A DNA stretch of 64,000 nucleotides, taken from NCBI GenBank assembly GCA_036172245.1, contig JAYWIR010000002.1, forward strand, positions 248,001-312,000, written 5' to 3'. This DNA is from Raillietiella orientalis (Eukaryota). The notes under the pieces were generated by a model. It was not told where the DNA came from and did no database searches. It worked only from the letters and a program-made list of their open reading frames with translations. Of the stretch, positions 13,261-24,450 are shown one piece after another. Made by a program: the position numbers and the translations under genes. The stretch's first letter is position 1, and each line of letters begins with the position of its first letter.

Positions 13261-13510
13261 CCGCCGTCGTCATCTCGTCCGCACCCGGCGGCGCCCTCTT
13301 TTCGGACATCCCAGAGGCTGCTCGATGGTTCTCCCGCTGAAGGGCAAAGCGCATGGGAGGGTGCGGGGGAAAAGGAAGGGGAGGAGGAGGAGGAAGGGGA
13401 GGGGAGGTTGGCCCCTCCTCCTCCCCTTCACTCCTCCTCCGCATCTTCCTCCCTCCCGTGGCACTGCCACCGGGCCCGTTCCGCAGCTTCGCGGCGGGTG
13501 CGGCGGCGGG

Positions 13511-13518
13511 TGACGTCA
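13511..13518. promoter_or_regulatory. CRE palindrome TGACGTCA upstream of the HES gene
   Basis: Perfect CRE with a reverse CCAAT (ATTGG) about 15 nt downstream, in GC-rich DNA ~250 nt before the ATG. Confidence 0.4.
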
Positions 13519-13767
13519 GCGGCCGAGGGACGAATTGGTCGCAGCGGTTAATCTGCCGTGTCCACGGAAAATCGCGGCAGAGGCAGGTTCCAGGTGGGTA
13601 CAGGACTAAACGGTCGTCAAAGACTTCTTCGCGTCTCATTACCCGAGAAGGGGGCGTGTCTGCTCCCGAAGCGTGCCCGGCGATAGGCTACCGTTCGCGG
13701 GCGGCCGCGGGTTCATGTCTTCGGGCTGCTCTCTGGTTCCGGGCGATTTAAGGCCGCGCGCCTCGCG

Positions 13768-14509
13768 ATGGACGGAGCAGACGCAGCCTCGCCGCGACTC
13801 GGTCCGCGTCGCCGTCGTGGTGGTGGTGGCGGTGGTGGTGGTGGTGGCGGTGCCGGAGGCGGTGGTGAGACGATGCCCGCGAGCTACAAGGAAAGCAGGA
13901 AGGTGGGTTCTGCTCCGGGGGTTGCTGGCGAGAGCTGCAGGGGTCGATCTCTTCCAGGTTAGAAAGCCGCTCATGGAGAAGAAGAGGAGGGAGCGCATCA
14001 ACTCATGCCTGGAGAAGCTGAAGGAGATGCTGCTGGAGGGTGCCCTGCACCAGCGGGAGGTTGGCAGCGTTCCTCCTCTTCCTTTCTTTCCGACCACCTC
14101 CTCCCCCCCCCCTCTTCCGAAGGAAACAGGGGAGGAGGCAAACGGGTTCCGGTCCTTCCAGGTCAACAAGCCCGCCAAGCTGGAGAAGGCCGACATCCTG
14201 GAGATGACAGTACGCCACCTGCGCCTGGCTCCTCTCGTCGAGAAGAAGCACAGGTTCCACGAGGGCTTCCTGGAGTGCGCCCGCGTGGTGCGCCACTTCG
14301 CCTCCAAGCACCGGCTCCCCGAGTCCTTCACCGGACGGCTCCTGGAGCACCTGGATCGGTGCTCTTCCTCCATGGCGCGTCCCGAGTCCCGGAAGGTTTC
14401 TCCCTCGGCGCCTGATGCCGCCACCGCCGCCGCCGCGCGTTGCGGGTGCGCGGATGCGAACGCCACAAAGGGGAGCGACGAACTCGAGGTTGTGTGGAGG
14501 CCGTGGTGA
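13768..14509 (+). CDS. HES: HES / Hairy-Enhancer of split family bHLH-Orange-WRPW transcriptional repressor, ~194 aa; join(13768..13902,13958..14059,14162..14509)
   Basis: bHLH with the basic-region Pro: SRK|VRKPLMEKKRRERINSCLEKLKEML...KLEKADILEMTVRHLR. Orange domain: RFHEGFLECARVVRHF...RLLEHL. C-terminal Groucho-binding WRPW*. GT-AG introns of 55 and 102 nt sit at conserved HES positions. An alternative start exists at ATG 13873. Exact orthologue not assignable. Confidence 0.95.
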
Positions 14510-14922
14510 CTCCCTCTCCCCCCCCACCCCCTTTCTCCACCTCCCTCCCTCCTTCTTCGCTCCGAGCACCCGTGACCGGGCGGCGGCACGGACCCCATTT
14601 TGGGGAGTCATCCGGCGTAGGAGGAGGCAACTCCCTTCTCTCCCTCCCCCGATTGGCAAGCGGCGGGAGCGCCTTCCCACCCCCGTCCTGCGAAGGGGAG
14701 ACGAGGAGGAGCTCCCCTTGGTAGCCCCCCTTTTCCCGGACGTGGTGGTGCTCGCCTCCTCTGCTGCGCACAGCTCGTCCGGACCCGGGCGGCGGGGCGC
14801 TCCGCCGGTTCCGCTGGCCGCCGCGTTCCTTCTGCAGGGATGGCCGAAGAAGACGCCCCGCACAAAGAGGCGGCAGCAGCAACAGCAGCAGCAGTGCAAG
14901 CAGCGACAAAGGCAGGACGGCG

Positions 14923-14928
14923 AATAAA
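14923..14928 (+). promoter_or_regulatory. Likely polyadenylation signal of the HES gene
   Basis: First AATAAA after the stop, followed by a T/GT-rich stretch (gttctttgttcgtc). Confidence 0.6.
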
Positions 14929-17149
14929 GCGCGCGTTCTCTCGGGCAGTTCTTTGTTCGTCACTTGGCAACGGGCGGATTGGCCTTTCGGGTGAGGCTGG
15001 ACGGAGATCGCCGCCGCGTGGGGGTGGGAAAGGGGTCGGTCGGATTGCCTTCTCGAAGAGGAGGCGTCGATCGGAACGGTCATCTCCAAGAGTCGACACT
15101 CTTCTCCAGCCTGGCGGACCTGCTGACCTCGAAAGAGCGCGCCCCTCTCCCTCCCCTCCTCATCGGAAGGGGGGGGGGAACACCATCAACCTCTCGCTGG
15201 TCCAGCAGCATTCCTCCCTCCCTTCTTTTCGGCTTCCTGACCTGAGGGAGATCGACCCCAGACCCACCTCTCCCCAGGGCATCAACCGCTCCCTCCAGTG
15301 CCAAGGTCCGCGGCGCCCGCAAGGAGGATCCCTTGGGCGCCTCGGTGGCCTTTGCGGACGCGTCGCTCCGGGAAGCGAGGGGAACTGCGCAGCTCTCTCG
15401 AGGAAGTGGGCAATAGCCGCAGGGATTTTTCTTCCCAAAGGGAGGCTGCCCATCTCCCGTGTCGATCGCCCTGGTGGGGAGAGGTCAGCGGACTCTGGGA
15501 AGAGCCAGCGGAAGTCGGAAGGGATCGGCTGCCCCTCCTCTCCCCTTGCATACTCCCTCTTCCCTCGAGGGCCCTCTTCGGAAAAAGTGGAGCCGATAGG
15601 GTGGTCTTGCCCCATTGGAACTTCCTTGGGACCTACCGAAGCGCCTGCAAGTCACGCGCTGTGGAGCCCCCTACCGCCTGCATTTTCGAGGTCAGTCACG
15701 GTCAACCGGAAGACCGCAAGCAGACTCCCCCCGAGTCCCTCCCTCAGCCGGTGTCTTCGCCTCCAGACCCCCATCCCTCCAGCAGGAAGGGGGGGAGGCG
15801 AAATCCTTTGCCCTTCTCCTGAGACTTCATGCCCTGCTCCTGAGGCCGCCAAGCCTCCCGTGGGGGGGGACCGCTCCAGGGAGAGCAGGTGGATGCCAGG
15901 ACGAGCAAGGAGCCTTCCCAGCGTGCGTACATGCTCTCTCATCCTCGAAGGAGGCCGGGGATTTCCAGGAGCAGGGAAAAAGGGGGAGGGCGGGGGAACC
16001 CACCGTTTTCCCGTGCCCGCTCCCGGGGGCACGGCTCCATTTCCAGACCATCACAAGCCCGGCGGAAACGGCGGAGATTCCTAGCCAAAGCCACCTCGTC
16101 CCGTTGGTCCCTCTCCCCCCATCCGGGAGCTCGGGGTGGTGCCGCCCCTGATTGAGCGCTGCCCACCGAGCGGGTAGGCAGGAGAGACTTATCCAACCTC
16201 TCCATGTCTGGAAGCGTCGCCCTTCCTTTCTCCTCATCCTCCCCAGGGCTCCGGGGTCGTACAGGGAAAGCTAGCAGCAAGGGAGGACGCGTCCCAGGTG
16301 ACTCCTTCCTGTGGGATCCCGTGGCCATGTTGCCCGGCTCCTACCAGCGCCGCCATCCCCTGCTGTCTCTGTCTGCGGGCGCGGAAGTCGGGTGGCCGAG
16401 TCGGATGGCCACAGGCAGTTGCCGACAGCGACCATTCGCCTCCCCTACCCTGCCCCCCGCTCCTGACCAGCATGCACGAGTGACTCAGGCTTCCCTGCTT
16501 AGAGCAATCTCTGGAAGTTGACAGCCGCGTGAAGGGGAAGGCTCCTGGGAATGAAGGAGTCCTCCCTCCCTCTTCCTGGATGCGGGCGAGAGAGACCCTG
16601 GGAAGCTCCTGGATCTCCCGAGGAAGCTCCGGCACAGAACGGGTGAGGTGGCTCTATCGACCGTGCGGGACGGAGAGTCCTACAGCCACGGGAGAAACTG
16701 GGAGGAGGGGCGCATTCCCAAGGATTTCCGATCCTCCCACTGGTGGCTGGAGACCGCATGATGTCCACAGCAAGCCGAAGGAGATGTGACGGGATCCGGG
16801 ACGCGGCGCTCTTCCGCGGGCGGGCCTCAGCGAGATGCACGCGCGTTGCCTCAGTAACGTCCGAGCAGCCGATCGCAGCGCAGCAGATCTTTCCTGCTTC
16901 CCAGAGCACGGGGCTTCTCCCCCCCTGCCTCCCCTCTCCCGAGCAGGTGGAAGGCGAGTTGCGCTTAAGGAGTCTCCCCCACTCGGAGGGGGCGGGGCGA
17001 GGGCGCGGACTTTGAGCTGGAACGCCTCCTTTTCCCTCTCCTACCCTTCCCTTCTTCTCCCTTCCCCCGCGGCGGACAGGAAACGAGCGTTTCCAAGGAG
17101 ACCCCCTGGAGGCGTCTCTTTCCCTATTCTCCATGAGCGGACGGGGCTC

Positions 17150-18000
17150 TCCCGGCTTTCCCACATGAGCAAACCCGAATGACGACCCTGTCCCGCTGGA
17201 CGTCGGCGCCGGCGACGTCCGCCGCGCCAGGGGCAAGGGGCGAGCGCCCGAGGGACGGGTGGCGGGGACGGAACTTCTCCCGGCAGCGGTGGCTCAGGGG
17301 AAAAGGAAAGAAGGGAGGGGGAGGAAGGCGTGCGCGCGCCGACGAGAGAGGCGGGGATGAGGTCGTCGCCGTCGGCGGGCTGGTCGGCGGGTAGAGGCGC
17401 GGCGGTGGCGGCGGCGGCGCAAAACGTGCAGGGGAGAAGGCGCGAGGAGCGTCCGCCTGCGCGCACGCGCACGCGCACGCGCAGGCGGACGCCCGCGGCG
17501 GAGAGCCAAATTGCCGGAAACGGGCAATTCTCGCGCCTCGCGTCGCGACAGCCTCGCTCGCTCGCGCGCGCGCCTCTCCGTTCGTTCGCCCGTCCGTCCT
17601 CCCTCTCGGCGGGCAGCGCTCAATCAGGGGCGACGCCGCCCCGGCGTCCGTAGGGGGGGAGGGACCAGCGGCTCCCATTAGACGGAACCAGCCGCATCTT
17701 GGCGGCTGCGGAAACGCCCCCGGCCATCCTTTCTCTCCCTCGCTCACCCCCCCTCCTCCCCTTCCCCTCCCGCGCGCGCGGAAGCGGTGGCGCACGGAGG
17801 AAGCCGAGGGGTCACGCCGGGAGGTCGCGAGCGCTCCCGGAGTCACGCTCGCTGCTGCCGCCGCCGGGATGCGTCCTGTCGCGCGCGCAAGCGGACGGGT
17901 GACCTTGGCGCGCCTGCCCATGCGGGCAGGGCGGGGACGGTGTCCCGGGCCGCACCTCCGAATGAGGATGGGGAGGAAAGGAGGAAGGGGAGGCGGGTGC
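17150..18000. promoter_or_regulatory. CpG-island-like GC/CpG-rich region (putative promoter or enhancer)
   Basis: Dense cgcgcg and ggcggcgg runs; Su(H)/CSL consensus TGTGGGAA on the minus strand at 17158-17165; no credible ORF. Confidence 0.45.
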
Positions 18001-18886
18001 TTCCACCCGCGCCTACTCGTCTTCTGGCCCCCGGGCCAAGGTTCTTGGCGCCATCTCGCCCTCGGGGCTCCTCGTCCAGGAAAGCCGGTGCCGTTGGAGG
18101 CCCCGGGAGCGTCTCAAGGGGAAGGCCTCCGACACCGCGTCAGTCTCCGGGGCAAGTCGGGTGCATTCCTCGAAGGGAGAGGAGGAGGTAGCGCCGTCGC
18201 CGCGGGATCGTCACGGAGACCCGGGGTGTACCTCCTTCACACCGCGCCGCCCTTCCCTGTGCCTTCGTCTTTTCCCTCCTCAGTGCCGCACCGGTAGCCA
18301 TCCTCTCCCAGATTTGTCCCCGAGGACTCCAGTGAGCCCACTCCCCCCGCCTTTCCTTTCTTCCTTGCTCTCTGCACTCGGGTGCCCTCCCCTGGTGGCA
18401 AGTCACGGACCCGCCACCTCTGCCGTCCCGCAGATCTTTCGCCCCCTCGTGCCCCATGGAGTCCACTGCATAGAAGGGAAGCCCAAAGGGCTTCAGGGAG
18501 CACCATGTGCCCTCCTGCCCTTACTTGAGCGCCGGCCATCCTCGGACGCTTCCTTTCCCCGGTGGGCAGACAGGCCCATTCGGTTTCTCCAGGTGCTCCC
18601 TCGAGGAAGCTTCCAGGTTCTCCTTCCTCCCCCCTTCCCGACGAGCGTCCATTGGAGTCCTCTTTTTCATCCTTCGCGAAGAGGGAAGAGGAGATCCCAC
18701 TCGGCGCCCCTCCCTTCCTGCGTGCGGGAAAGCGCGGAAGGCGGGACGCGTAACTACTGACTGGGGGGGGGGGGGGGGGTCGAGGAAGGCCGTCCCCGCC
18801 TCTTGGCTTTTCTCTCAAGCCCCCTTAGGTGTGGCGGTTCCCGCTCGCCCTCCCAAAAGGAGGAGGTGGATTTTTCCGTCTTTGAT

Positions 18887-19150
18887 GGGACGTCTTCCGA
18901 TCCATCAGGACAGCACCCCGTGCTGTCCCGGTGGATCGTCAAAAATGACACCTGCGTCGGATGCTCATTCCGCGGAGGTCCTCTTAGGGGAGGCTCCCTA
19001 GAAGAGACGCTCTCCCGAGTGGATAGCGTGCTGCGTCCTCCTGATGGATCGGGGTGTTCCCCGGATTCCAGGTCTAGAGCGCTCTGGCGCTTCCCGATAA
19101 CGGAGCGCTTCCTTCCTGGTTTCCCTCGAGGTTCCTTGAGAATCTCGACG
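18887..19150. repeat. Fold-back / MITE-like element; related diverged copy in opposite orientation at ~32190-32420
   Basis: 14-bp perfect inverted repeat ccgatccatcagga (18897-18910) / tcctgatggatcgg (19039-19052). The segments tcaggaggacgc and ctcgaggga are shared with the 32.2-kb region. Confidence 0.45.
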
Positions 19151-22100
19151 GACGCCTCGGCGCGATCGTACCCTCCATGCATCCCAGTCCTCTGGCATCC
19201 CCGTCTCGCACACCCTCGCTAACGACTGTCCATCCCGAGGGCGCAGCAGGACCTTCAGACGGCCTCGGGGGAGGGGGGCAGATTGACCAGACATCGGCGA
19301 ATGTAACCCCTCCCCTTCTGTCCCTTCCCTGCCCAACGCGGCGGGACCTGGGTAGGCACGCTTTTTGATCTCTCCAGCTGATTGGTCACTGGCCCGGAGG
19401 TAGCTTCCGAGGCGAGTGACTGACTCTCGAGGACGCCTCGACCCCCTCCGGGGGAAACCACTTGTTTGTGTTTTCTCAGAGGGCAGGGTTTTCCCGTGGA
19501 GGGATGTCCGGCCCCTGCACGTTGCCCGCTCCCAGCCGGGCTGGAGATAAACGCAGGAACCGCTCTTGGGACGGGCTTTCAATCCCTCTGAGGTCACACC
19601 CCGAGGGACCAACCTTGTCACCCTCGAGAAGTTCTGTGGGAGCGGCTGCCGTCACCGTCCGTGGTCCACTTCCGGACAGCGCGGAGATGCGGGTCTGCGG
19701 GACCACGGCTGAAAGGCTTTCTCTTTCCTCCACGGAACGGAGAGAATGGATGGGAGGGAGGGAGTGGGACTGCTTTCTCGCCTGTCTCCTGAAAGCTGGC
19801 GCGCTTAAGAAAGAACCCCCTCGTGCACTCCACGGAGCTCTCAAAGACTTTGAGAGTCTCCGCTAACTATCTTGGGCTACGAGCTCTTTCTTCGCAACGG
19901 AGGGCCGCAAACGAGAGGCCCTCCGCCTCATGGACACCGCATCCCCCCCAGACAGTGGAGCAGCATGGTATCCGAGGGCATCCTCGTTCTTCTGGAGCGG
20001 CCCCGGTTCTTCTCTTCGGCTCTCTCCCGTCCTCCTCACTCCTTCCCCCTGCAGCCTGCTCTCCTCAGCCGCGCCTACTCGCCTCATCCCGAACGGAATC
20101 TCGTTCCCCGAGAAGGCCTGCGTTCTCCCTGCCAGGAGGAACCGGGAGAAACCCAGTGCGAAAGCGCGACAGAGGCACGCGTCTCTCGGTGTCGGGGGGG
20201 TGCGCGGTGGCAGGTATCCGCGTCCGCGACCGAGTGGCACCGAGGAGATTGGGGACCTTGTGGATCCGCTCCTGTGTCCCCTCCCTCCCCTGCCGCCTGC
20301 CATACCCGTAGAACTGGTGCGCTCGCCTTTGATGGACCCTCGATGGTCACACACAAAAAAAAACGAAAAAAAAAAAAAAAAAAACAGGAACGTACGCGCG
20401 CTCGTGTGAGTGCTGAATCTCTGCTCTCCGGACTCCTGCCCTCGGTTTGGAGCGCAAGCAGCTGTCCTGTGAGCCCTTTCGAGCGGCCGTCTCCTGAGGT
20501 ACCCTGCCAGCCTGCTTGCTTCGCCGCCGCTTCCGGTTAGGGAAAGAGAAAGCGCTGCTCTTCCTCGCTGAGTGCGGCAATGCCCTCGCAGCATCCACTC
20601 GGAGGAGGAAGTGTCCTCCTGCTCTGTGGCTCTAGGAGGCGGCAGCCGCGATGTCAGGGAGTTTTCTCGCCTGTCTCCGCGACACACGCCGCCTCAGGGC
20701 AGGTCGAGCATCGACGTGCAAGGTCGCTGAGTCCATCCGGTCGGAGGGTAGGAAGCGCTCAATCTTTGGTGATGTGCGCTCCGCTCGCGAGAGGTGGCGA
20801 CCCGAGGCCAACGCTCTGCCTCGGCTCTCCGCTGCCGAAGAGCAACGCACAGGGGTCGCAGCAGACGTTTTCTCGAGTTCTTCTTTCGGAAGAAGGGAGA
20901 GGGCACGAGAACGAAAAGCCTCCAGGATACTCTCCATCGTCGTCGACAACACCTCCATTGCTGTGGTCTCCGCCGTCGGTGTCTGAGAAGCCCTTTCTTG
21001 TGCAAGAAACGAGATGAAACGAAAGGAGAAGCTTCTGGGATGCTTCCCAGGCAAATGGACGCTTCGTTCGCTGGAGGAAGGAGCCTTTCCTTTCTCGATG
21101 CCTTGCTAGTGGGTCTGGAGGGAAAGTCGTGGTGTTCCAGCCTTACTAGTAGCCACCGCATGTCGGGGGTCTTTCGAAGGACGTACATTCCTTCTGGTAC
21201 AGAATCCAAGTCCCTCTCTTTTCCGAGACATGCGGTCGTCATTCTTGGGGCTGAGTGAGCGCAACCGCCGTCGCGGGATAACCAGGTGCGCGCGTTTCCT
21301 CTCCCGCTCAGCGGAGCGGGATTGGTGCTATTCTGTAGACGGCTTCAGAAGCTTTCTGGTATACGGCCCGAGTTTCCCACAGGAGGATTTTCGGAGCTAC
21401 AAGAATCCAGAGAGGGAAGTGCCCTAGCATCTGCTTAGGGGCAGCACTCCTTGCCGACTCCATGGCAACTTGCCGCTGCGCTTACGTCCCTACAGAGTGG
21501 GTTGTGAAGAAGACTCAAGGCTCTTCCGACAGCCTTCCGAGTCCAGTCAGTTATCCGCATCAAACTTGCTTCAGGGAAGAGCGCGTGCGCGGTGTCTTCC
21601 CCTCCAGGTTTGAAGACTCACGTCACCGAGCTTGAATTCGACTTCCCGTTCTCCTACGGAGGACCTGCCGCGTTGCCGCCCTGTTCTGCCTCGCCGGCCG
21701 AAGAGAACTCGATCCGCTGCTGCTGCTTACCTACGGCAGATAAGTGGGAAAATCACAGACCGAAACGGGCGTCTTGCGAGATGATGCACTCCTTGCGTTC
21801 CGACCTCTGGGGCTCGAATTGGAACGGGGTAATTCCCGAGCGAATGTTCACGCCGACTTTTTCCCTGCGAGAGATTTTGAAACCTCGTGATGTCCGACGG
21901 CCACGACGACCACGTTGTTATTTGTTTTTAGTCTGCGGCTTCCAAGGAGAAAGTGGTGAGCTGCTTGCGGCGATGGAAACATGGAAAACGTCAAAGGTGA
22001 CGCAAGAGGCTGAACACAAGGCAACGATTGGAAGTTTCCACGGTGGGGGGCTCGAGGGAGGGCCGAAACATCGCTTCTTAGGAGACCTAAAGGGTTCCTA

Positions 22101-22479
22101 ACTCTAGGAAATTTAGAGAGGGTGAGCGCCGATGGCTATGGGCGATGGTTGCAAAAGATGGCGGGACAGAACCAGATGCTGGAACGCGCCAGCTCCTCCC
22201 CGACGCGTTCCACCTGGTGCCACAGGATCTTCAATTCCTCCCTTGGCATCGTATCGTTTCGCAGATCTCGAGGTCCCAGGGGTTCTACGCCGAGTGCTTT
22301 TGTGAACTTGTTCGACCTAGGGAAGGGAGAGGATCGCTTTGCCTTTCATCCCTTTGCCCACCCTCCTGCAAAGCCTCCGGGAAGCCGCCGAAAGAGCGGG
22401 AAGCACCAGGATCGACAACCTGTCCCCCTCCTTGCAGCACCAGGGACGCGTGTGAGTCTTCGGGAAGCGACTCCGAGCA

Positions 22480-24450
22480 TAGGCAGGCGCGACCACTACC
22501 TGGTCGTGCCTGGGATGCCACAGAAGCCAAGGCAGAGAGAAGTGACCCAGGTCGACTCGTGACTTCGGCAGAACATGGTGCTCCAGTCTTGGGCCGCTCC
22601 GGGTCTCCTGTCTGTGCACCCTCACTGTCGCTGCAGCGGGCTCCCTGAAGTCTCCGAACTCCTTCCACGAGGAGGATGGCGCGCTCATGCTGAGGAGCAT
22701 GAGAGAAGTCCTCCAACTTGGAACTGGTCCACGAGGATTCTGAGATGACCTTATGGAAGATCGACAAAGAAAAGAGACCAGGCGCCGGGAGTTGTCTTTC
22801 CTTTTCTCCTTCAGAGGAGTCCCGGAGTCCGTGAAGGATCGGCTTAAGGGTCCCTGGGAACGATGAGGTGCTCAGGGAGCTCGAATTCTCTCTCTCACGA
22901 GGGCAGCACGTCCGAAAAGGAGGGTGGCGTGCAACAACTTCCATCACCGTCGCGACACGTATCGGACTCACGTTCTGGGTCCACAAGCATCGTCCTTGAG
23001 ACCGAATGGCGGAAAGTCCCTAGGACCAGTCCATCTTATGCAGCGGACACTCCGGATGAGGCATCCGTCTGAAGAGAGGGAGAGAGGGAGGTCTTTTTCA
23101 GCTAGTGAGGACGTGTCTCTCCCATCTGGTTCCCCCGAATGTCTCCCGCGGCTCCCTCGACGGAAGCGGAGGTTTCTCTTCCGCGTCGCGGGCCAGCGAA
23201 AACGGTGCTCTGTCCTTCTCGAGGTCCTCCAAGGAGGGGATGGCGGCGTCCTCCCTACCTTTCTTCCGATTCCTCCTGGAATTAGGAAGAAGGAAAAACT
23301 AAGGGGAAGGCAAAGAGAAGCAGGACGGTGTCCGAGCCATCCCGAATGAGCGAGCGCCCGCTGGCCACGGTGGGCGGCAATGGGCGTTTAGAGAAAGGAA
23401 CTGTGCGTGGGAGACTCCGGGAAAATCACCGCAGCTCGCAAGCATCACGTGCCGACCATTAAGGCAGTTTATGGAGCGCTCGCCGACACGATCCGGATAT
23501 CCAATCAACGAATCGTCCATAAACAGCGCTCCCCCCCCTCCCAGTCTAGTCCATGCTTGAAGACCGAAGACCTCTTTCGACCAAGTCGCCGTCGCAAGCC
23601 ACGCCGGGACGCTTCCTAACAACCCCCTCATTTTTCATTGTCGAGTTCCCTCCGCTTTTGTGCTTCCTGATGGGTTTCCCCGGCAACCGCTTTCGGGCAT
23701 GTTGCCTTTTCCCGCGGCGGCTTCTACCTGTGGCGCCCGCTTCGGCGCTCTGGACGCTCAAGGGGGGGGGAGGGATAGTTCGGGAAGGCACCTGAAGACT
23801 CTTTGTTGGGTTGAGGAGGAGGAGAGCCTGGAGTGCAGCCTTCCACCGCGACCCGAGAATTTCGAGAAAACGACGCAGTCGAGTGGGGTGCATGCACGCG
23901 CGCTTTCTCAGAGCGCTGGTCCTCGCTGGTTTGGTCCAGTGGTGCAAGGACGAAGTTCTTCTCTACGCCATTTTGCGACGACCCTGTCCGCGGAGTGCCG
24001 ATAAAAAGGGGGAGGTTGAATTTCTCCGAGTTCTGACAGCGTGCTCCCGGATCGAGGTCGGCGGCCGTGCTAGTGGTTTGCGAGGCGAGCGACGATGGTG
24101 GTTTCCAGGATGGCAAAAGCTGCTCTTATTGCCGGTTCAGCGCCACGAAGGAATTCGAAGCACCCCAGTCTTCCGCGACGCAGCTCTTCCCCGATGAACG
24201 GGGGATGCTGTCGCCAGGAGAATCCTTCCTTATTTCGCTTCCGGATCCGTGAGGCACTCACTCGCCGGCTGTACGCTCTCGGTTCGAAGGAGGTTCTCTG
24301 AGAGAGGCGCTACTTCCACCGCTCGGTGACAGCAAGTTCGAGGACGCCTCCCTTAACCCCGAATTCGCCACGCGGACTTCGAGGGAGCGTTGGAGTTCCC
24401 TTCCGAGAGAGGCGGCAGACGCCAGTCGCGCTCTTGCTGGGGACTCTGCC
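22480..24450 (+). mobile_element. Possible ancient degraded APE-type non-LTR retrotransposon (LINE) ORF2 relic
   Basis: Scattered motif-like fragments in LINE order: RDHYLVV (~22490, cf. SDHxLV), GFQDGKSC (~24100, cf. GFRxGxSC), LTRRLYALG (~24260) and GVP (~24390). Heavily disrupted. Confidence 0.3.

Noticed and set aside
13673-14509. 278-aa single-exon ORF as the HES protein
   Set aside because: It reads through intron 2 and uses the wrong frame upstream of intron 1; the spliced model fits HES better.
14840-16084. 414-aa ORF and other long ORFs in the GC-rich regions (e.g. 24648-25883, 29665-30576)
   Set aside because: Arg/Pro/Gly/Ser-rich, open in several frames on both strands, with no domains; expected from stop-codon scarcity in GC-rich DNA.
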